Shown one piece after another: positions 35,449 to 39,462 of a DNA stretch of 39,462 bases. The translations under genes were made by a program, and so were the position numbers. The notes under the pieces were generated by a model. The model searched no databases and was not told the DNA's origin. It saw only the letters and a list, made by a program, of their open reading frames with translations. The DNA comes from Gemmatimonadota bacterium (GTDB lineage: Bacteria; Gemmatimonadota; Gemmatimonadetes; Gemmatimonadales; GWC2-71-9). The first letter of the stretch is position 1; the number at the start of each line of letters is the position of its first letter. The stretch spans positions 1 through 39,462 of the forward strand of contig JBDTQP010000001.1 in NCBI GenBank assembly GCA_039932125.1, written 5' to 3'.

Positions 35449-36009
35449 TCATGGCCGCGAACAGGGATCGTAGCGTCCGGGGATGACCTGGTAGTGCAGC
35501 TCCCTGGTCATGCCGATCTCAGAGGTGTAGTAGCCGTACAGGGTCAGGCCCTTGATGCGGTGAAAGAAGTTGTTGTCGAGTTTACCGTTTTGCGCCCGGA
35601 GGAGGGAAACCTCATCGTCCAGAATCTGAAGCAGCCTGGTCTGATCGGCTTCGCTGCCGCTCACAAAATCCCGGCCGGAGTCCTGGTTGCTTCTGGCATC
35701 CAGGTCGGCGAGGCCCGCCATGAAACGGTCCCGGTCTGGCGCCGTGTACCACTCTCCCACAATGATGGCGATAAACCCGGGAACCCCGGCTTCGAGTGCG
35801 CCAGGCGTATCGGTTGCCGGGATGATCAGGTCTGTCACCCGGCCCACCGTATCGAACTGATGCGGAGTGAATGGCCCTCGACCATTTCCCGGCGGCATGC
35901 GAGCATTGATCGCCTGGCCTCTGGCGAAAAGCTGGTCCGCTGTCATCGAGCTCAGGCCAGCACTTCCTACCAGCGATCCCAGCAATTGCACGAGATCTCG
36001 ACGGTTCAT
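35449..36009 (-). CDS. Tat-signal small subunit (gluconate 2-dehydrogenase subunit 3 family), copy 2
   Basis: MNRRDLVQLLGSLVGSAGL (twin-arginine) and F..HQF..V..VTDLIIP. Confidence 0.75.
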   Translation of the reverse strand: MNRRDLVQLLGSLVGSAGLSSMTADQLFARGQAINARMPPGNGRGPFTPHQFDTVGRVTDLIIPATDTPGALEAGVPGFIAIIVGEWYTAPDRDRFMAGLADLDARSNQDSGRDFVSGSEADQTRLLQILDDEVSLLRAQNGKLDNNFFHRIKGLTLYGYYTSEIGMTRELHYQVIPGRYDPCSRP

Positions 36010-36025
36010 CTACCCTCGCGAAAGT

Positions 36026-36049
36026 GGCGATGTTTCATGCAACATCGCC
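36026..36049 (-). terminator. Perfect 9-bp stem / 6-nt loop hairpin between dinB-like gene and the sugar-oxidation operon (terminator or regulatory hairpin)
   Basis: GGCGATGTT (36026-36034) pairs with AACATCGCC (36041-36049). On the transcribed minus strand it is followed by ACTTTCGCGAGGGTAG and then the ATG of the small subunit. Confidence 0.4.
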
Positions 36050-36113
36050 CATCCGGGAGCCGGACGCCAGATGGTCGCGATGAACCACCGTCATCATCGA
36101 TTCCCTCCGCCGT

Positions 36114-36599
36114 TCAGGAAGGCTTACTCTGGCGGACGGCCGCTGGACTTCCGCGCACAAATCCGATGTAATCGGTGGGAGCCGGGGCCACCCCGCCGCG
36201 CCGCATCGCCAGGGCGATCTGCCCCCGGTGGTAAGCTCCGTGCAACGCCACATGCAGCAGGATATCCTGGATGGTAGATCGGAAATCTCTACCCGCCGAG
36301 TTGCGATAGTCCACCAGACGCTGGTCATCGTCCCCGGCGAGTCTCCCGATGAAATCGACAAATCCCCGGTGATTCTCCATCGCCAGGGCGGCGCACTGGT
36401 CGAGCGTGAGGGACGGCCATACGGCGACCGACGCCTTCTCGTCCCGTAGCCGGGCAAGCCAGACATGCTCGGCGCCGAGGATGTGCGCGAACAGCTCGAG
36501 GCAGGCGGGTTCGATGGTATCCGAGCCGCGTAACACAGCCAGGACTTCCAGGTCGGCCCACTCCGTGTGGGCAAAGAGTTTCAGGTATTGTTGAATCAT
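36114..36599 (-). CDS. DinB-family (DinB_2-like) metal-dependent protein
   Basis: 161 aa, four-helix-bundle type pattern with FAHTEWAD, HILGAEHVW and LLHVALHGAYHRGQI (His triad). Confidence 0.8.
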   Translation of the reverse strand: MIQQYLKLFAHTEWADLEVLAVLRGSDTIEPACLELFAHILGAEHVWLARLRDEKASVAVWPSLTLDQCAALAMENHRGFVDFIGRLAGDDDQRLVDYRNSAGRDFRSTIQDILLHVALHGAYHRGQIALAMRRGGVAPAPTDYIGFVRGSPAAVRQSKPS

Positions 36600-36864
36600 G
36601 ACGATAGAGGAGAAGCGTGTAGGAATCGACTCGCAAGGTGCCCCGGATTGTATCTCCCGATCACCTGGCTTGCAAAATATTCATCGGATCTCTGTTGTCG
36701 ATTTGTCATCGATGTCACCTATATTCCCGGCTCACTTCGTTGCTGAATTCGGGATACCCGGCTAACGATGCTGTTGCCGGCCCATGAGAGCTAACTGTCA
36801 CGTTTTCCTGGTCGTGGGATCGAAAGAGCGCATAACCGGGATGGACCTGTGACTGGAACCGGAC

Positions 36865-37896
36865 ATGAGTGGTATGCATAACGACCCCAAGGTCGCCAGA
36901 ATCCTCATCGTGGACGATGAGCAGGGAAATGTTGACGTGCTCACCCGCATGCTCCAGGCAGCTGGATACTCCAATGTTCGCGGTACCACGAATTCGACCG
37001 AAGCACGTCCGCTGGTACAGGAGTTTGATCCCGATCTCATTCTGCTTGATCTGAGCATGCCCATCATGGACGGTTTTGCGGTCCTTGAGCAGCTCAGCCC
37101 GCTCATGCCGGACGATACCTACCTGCCGATTCTGATTCTCACCGGCGACATGCGATTCGAAGCCCGCCAGCGGGCGCTGTCCAGTGGGGCCAAGGATTTC
37201 ATCCTCAAGCCCTTCGACATGACCGAGGTCCTGCTCCGGATCGAGAACCTGCTGGAAACGAGATTTCTCTACCTGCTGCTGCAGGAGCAGAATCAGAACC
37301 TCGAGTTCCGGGTGGCGGCCCGGACGAGGGAGTTGGAGGAAGCGCGAGTGGAAGTACTGCAGCGGCTCTCTGAAGCGGCGGAGTATCGCGACGATGAGAC
37401 CGGGCAGCACACCAGGCGCGTAGCTTCACTCGCCGTGGCGATCGGGCGGGGAATGGGACTCGATCACGCTACGCTTGAACTGCTGCGATGGTCCTCCCCG
37501 CTCCACGATGTCGGGAAGATCGGTATCCCCGATTCCATTCTCCTCAAGCCGGGCCGGCTGACGGAGGACGAGATGGACGTGATGAAAACGCATACAACGA
37601 TTGGCGCCCGGATCCTCATGGGGGGACAGTCTCCGCTTATCCAAATGGCGGAGACCATTGCCCTCAATCACCACGAGTGGTGGGATGGAACCGGCTACCC
37701 AGGTGGCGTGAAGGGCGACGCGATTCCGCTCGAGGCTCGCCTGGTTGCGGTCGCCGACGTCTATGATGCGCTGACTCACGCCCGACCCTACCGAGCGGCG
37801 TGGTCCCTTGAAGAGACCAGGGTTGAGATCCTCAGCGGGTCCGGATTTCACTTTGATCCGGTTGTTGTTGACGTCTTCCTCGAGCTTCCGGGGTAA
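36865..37896 (+). CDS. Response regulator with receiver + HD-GYP output domain (RpfG-like c-di-GMP phosphodiesterase)
   Basis: Receiver: ILIVDDE, the phospho-acceptor context DLILLDLSMPIMDG and ILKPF. Output: HTRRV, LHDVGKIGIP and the canonical HHEWWDGTGYPGG. Confidence 0.9.
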   Translation: MSGMHNDPKVARILIVDDEQGNVDVLTRMLQAAGYSNVRGTTNSTEARPLVQEFDPDLILLDLSMPIMDGFAVLEQLSPLMPDDTYLPILILTGDMRFEARQRALSSGAKDFILKPFDMTEVLLRIENLLETRFLYLLLQEQNQNLEFRVAARTRELEEARVEVLQRLSEAAEYRDDETGQHTRRVASLAVAIGRGMGLDHATLELLRWSSPLHDVGKIGIPDSILLKPGRLTEDEMDVMKTHTTIGARILMGGQSPLIQMAETIALNHHEWWDGTGYPGGVKGDAIPLEARLVAVADVYDALTHARPYRAAWSLEETRVEILSGSGFHFDPVVVDVFLELPG

Positions 37897-38129
37897 GCGT
37901 CCAGAGGCCCCTGCGGGGGAATTGTGCCGAGGTTGTACCACAGTGTAGGTGCTGCACGACAGACCGCCTCAACACCCCGTTTGCCTGCCGCAATAAGCTT
38001 CTGTGGTTTCAGGATTTACATGTGGCCATTCATCCCGGTCTGACCCGATATCTGGCCCGTCACGTGCTGAATGATGGCAGACTACGCTTTTCGTGGGTTC
38101 TGAGCAGACCTTGCACCTTTGGAGTTCGC

Positions 38130-39462
38130 ATGGAGATGCGCCGGTATTTCCGCCTGTTTCCGCTCATCGTTGCCTGGGCCCTGGCGTCGTGTACCGACAC
38201 CAGCATGGACCCCACCTCCGGAGGCTCGCAGGTCAGTTTCTCGATTTTCTCGGGAAACAACCAGGTCGGCCAGGCCGGGGCCGAGCTTGCGCTGCCGCTC
38301 AAGGTGCTGGCAACTGACGTCAACAGTCAGCCGCTGCAGAACCAGATCGTCAATTTCGTGGTGACCGCCGGCGGCGGCAGTGTGTTCGCCGGGACTGCCC
38401 TCACGGACGTGAATGGTATTGCGGCGGAAATCTGGCGCATGGGCACGGTTGCGGGCGTACCGCAGGCAATCGAAGTTCGCGCCGTCGCCGCCGATGGCAC
38501 CAAGCAGGTGTTTGGCGTCTTCAACGCCAGCGTAGTGGCCGCGAGTCCCGATACAATCGTAATTCAAGCCGGCAACGGCCAGACCGGGGCACCCGGTCAG
38601 GCGCTTCCGATTAACCCATCGGTACGCGTGGCGGACCAGTACGGCAATCCTGTTCTGAATCAGTCGGTCACATTCTCGGTTGCTGGTGGCGGTGGTTCGG
38701 TCACCGGTTCGCCGGCTTCAACCAACGCCCAGGGCATCGCGACGGTCGGAAGCTGGACGCTTGGCGCAATTGCTGGAATCAACATGCTCACGGCTACCGC
38801 TGCCGGTCTGCCGTCGAAGCCGGTGACCTTCACGGCGAACTCGCAGCCGGTCGCGCAGCCGGAACTGTCGCTCTCGACCGCGCCATCTTCGACCGTGGCG
38901 AACGGCGTTCCCTTCGGGCAGCCTGCCGTTATCCAGCTGCTCGGACCGAACGCGGGTCCACCGCTCCAGCAGGCCGGCGTGCCGGTGACCGTGGCGATCC
39001 AAAGTGGCGGTGGGACACTTGGTGGAACATTGACGGTCTCGACTGACGCCAATGGGCAGGCGACCTTTACGAACCTGACTATTTCGGGCACGGTCGGGCA
39101 GCGGACATTGAGCTTCACTTCGCCGGGCTACGTCCCGGTTCTTTCCTCGACCATCGATGTCACGGCCGGTTCCGCAGCAATGGTCAGCGTGAACGACGGG
39201 GACAACCAGTCGGCCAACGCTGGCGCATCGGTTGGCGTTGCTCCCTCGGTGCTGGTCCTCGATGGGAGCGGCAATCCGGTAGCCGGCGCCATGGTAACAT
39301 TCACACTCGGCAGCGGCGGCGGCAGCGTCACCGGTGCGGTCCAGGTGACGGATGCGCAGGGCGTCGCCCGTGTCGGCGACTGGACGCTCGGCTCGGCCAG
39401 CGGTGCTAACTCGCTGACCGCAACCGTGAGCGGAACCGGGATCACCGGTAACCCGGTGACAT
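38130..39462 (+). CDS. Lipoprotein with tandem bacterial Ig-like (Big_1/invasin-type) repeats, 3'-truncated by the window end
   Basis: Not in the ORF track because it is open-ended. My translation from ATG 38130 gives MEMRRYFRLFPLIVAWALASC (lipobox LASC) followed by at least 4 modules of about 95 aa. Examples: GNGQTGAPGQALP...VTFSVAGGGGSVTG...AQGIATVGSWTLG and GDNQSANAGASVG...VTFTLGSGGGSVTG...AQGVARVGDWTLG. The frame is open for 444 codons to position 39462. Confidence 0.75.
   Translation, partial: MEMRRYFRLFPLIVAWALASCTDTSMDPTSGGSQVSFSIFSGNNQVGQAGAELALPLKVLATDVNSQPLQNQIVNFVVTAGGGSVFAGTALTDVNGIAAEIWRMGTVAGVPQAIEVRAVAADGTKQVFGVFNASVVAASPDTIVIQAGNGQTGAPGQALPINPSVRVADQYGNPVLNQSVTFSVAGGGGSVTGSPASTNAQGIATVGSWTLGAIAGINMLTATAAGLPSKPVTFTANSQPVAQPELSLSTAPSSTVANGVPFGQPAVIQLLGPNAGPPLQQAGVPVTVAIQSGGGTLGGTLTVSTDANGQATFTNLTISGTVGQRTLSFTSPGYVPVLSSTIDVTAGSAAMVSVNDGDNQSANAGASVGVAPSVLVLDGSGNPVAGAMVTFTLGSGGGSVTGAVQVTDAQGVARVGDWTLGSASGANSLTATVSGTGITGNPVT

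Noticed and set aside
37906-37922. Short GC hairpin (CCCC-TGC-GGGG) after the RR-HD-GYP stop as an intrinsic terminator
   Set aside because: The stem is only 4-5 bp and there is no U-tract, too weak to call. Similar weak stems at 55-67, 791-811 and 18307-18322 were rejected for the same reason.
1-39462. CRISPR arrays, tRNA/rRNA genes, IS elements, integrases, prophage or classical defence genes (restriction, Cas, abortive-infection ATPases or nucleases)
   Set aside because: I saw no spaced direct repeats and no tRNA-like T-loop contexts outside coding sequence. None of the credible CDSs carried a DDE/tyrosine-recombinase motif or a nuclease/ATPase defence-type motif. No obvious low-GC island is present. 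The window looks like core chromosome.

Overview
Visibly GC-rich, densely coded bacterial chromosomal segment with about 40 genes. I found no rRNA or tRNA genes, CRISPR arrays, transposases or integrases. Taxon cannot be determined without a search; the many Tat-exported sugar oxidoreductases and the Big-repeat lipoprotein fit a Gram-negative soil or sediment lineage such as Gemmatimonadota-like organisms (weak inference). The window falls into three blocks. (1) 74-7164, minus strand: an eight-gene run with overlapping stops and starts, truA-htrA-purB-purC-psd-pssA-purS-purQ. (2) 7447-21082, plus strand: a tryptophan cluster, trpD | antisense lexA | trpC-trpF-trpB-[HEAT-repeat protein]-[HD-GYP]-trpA-[polytopic GAF-MCP]-folK-panB-panC-yqeK-like-LytR_C. 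Three signalling genes are spliced into and onto the trpB/trpA pair through 4-nt stop/start overlaps. This is the most unusual architecture in the window and my first candidate for an undescribed system. The 71-bp lexA/trpC divergent region carries two 17-nt direct repeats placed on a sigma70-like promoter. (3) 24452-36599: a candidate periplasmic glycoside oxidation/elimination cluster and my second candidate. It comprises Sec-exported DUF1080, an NHS-type MFS permease, a GH20 hexosaminidase and a cytoplasmic Gfo/Idh/MocA enzyme. It also holds two GMC flavoproteins, each with a Tat-signal small subunit, flanking two Tat-signal TIM-barrel enzymes in mirror gene order. A glycerate kinase / 2-hydroxyacid dehydrogenase pair, a small lipoprotein and a LysM protein lie between blocks 2 and 3. 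The window ends with a response-regulator HD-GYP and a truncated Big-repeat lipoprotein that is absent from the ORF track because it runs off the window. All functional calls rest on motifs read from the translations; no database search was possible.
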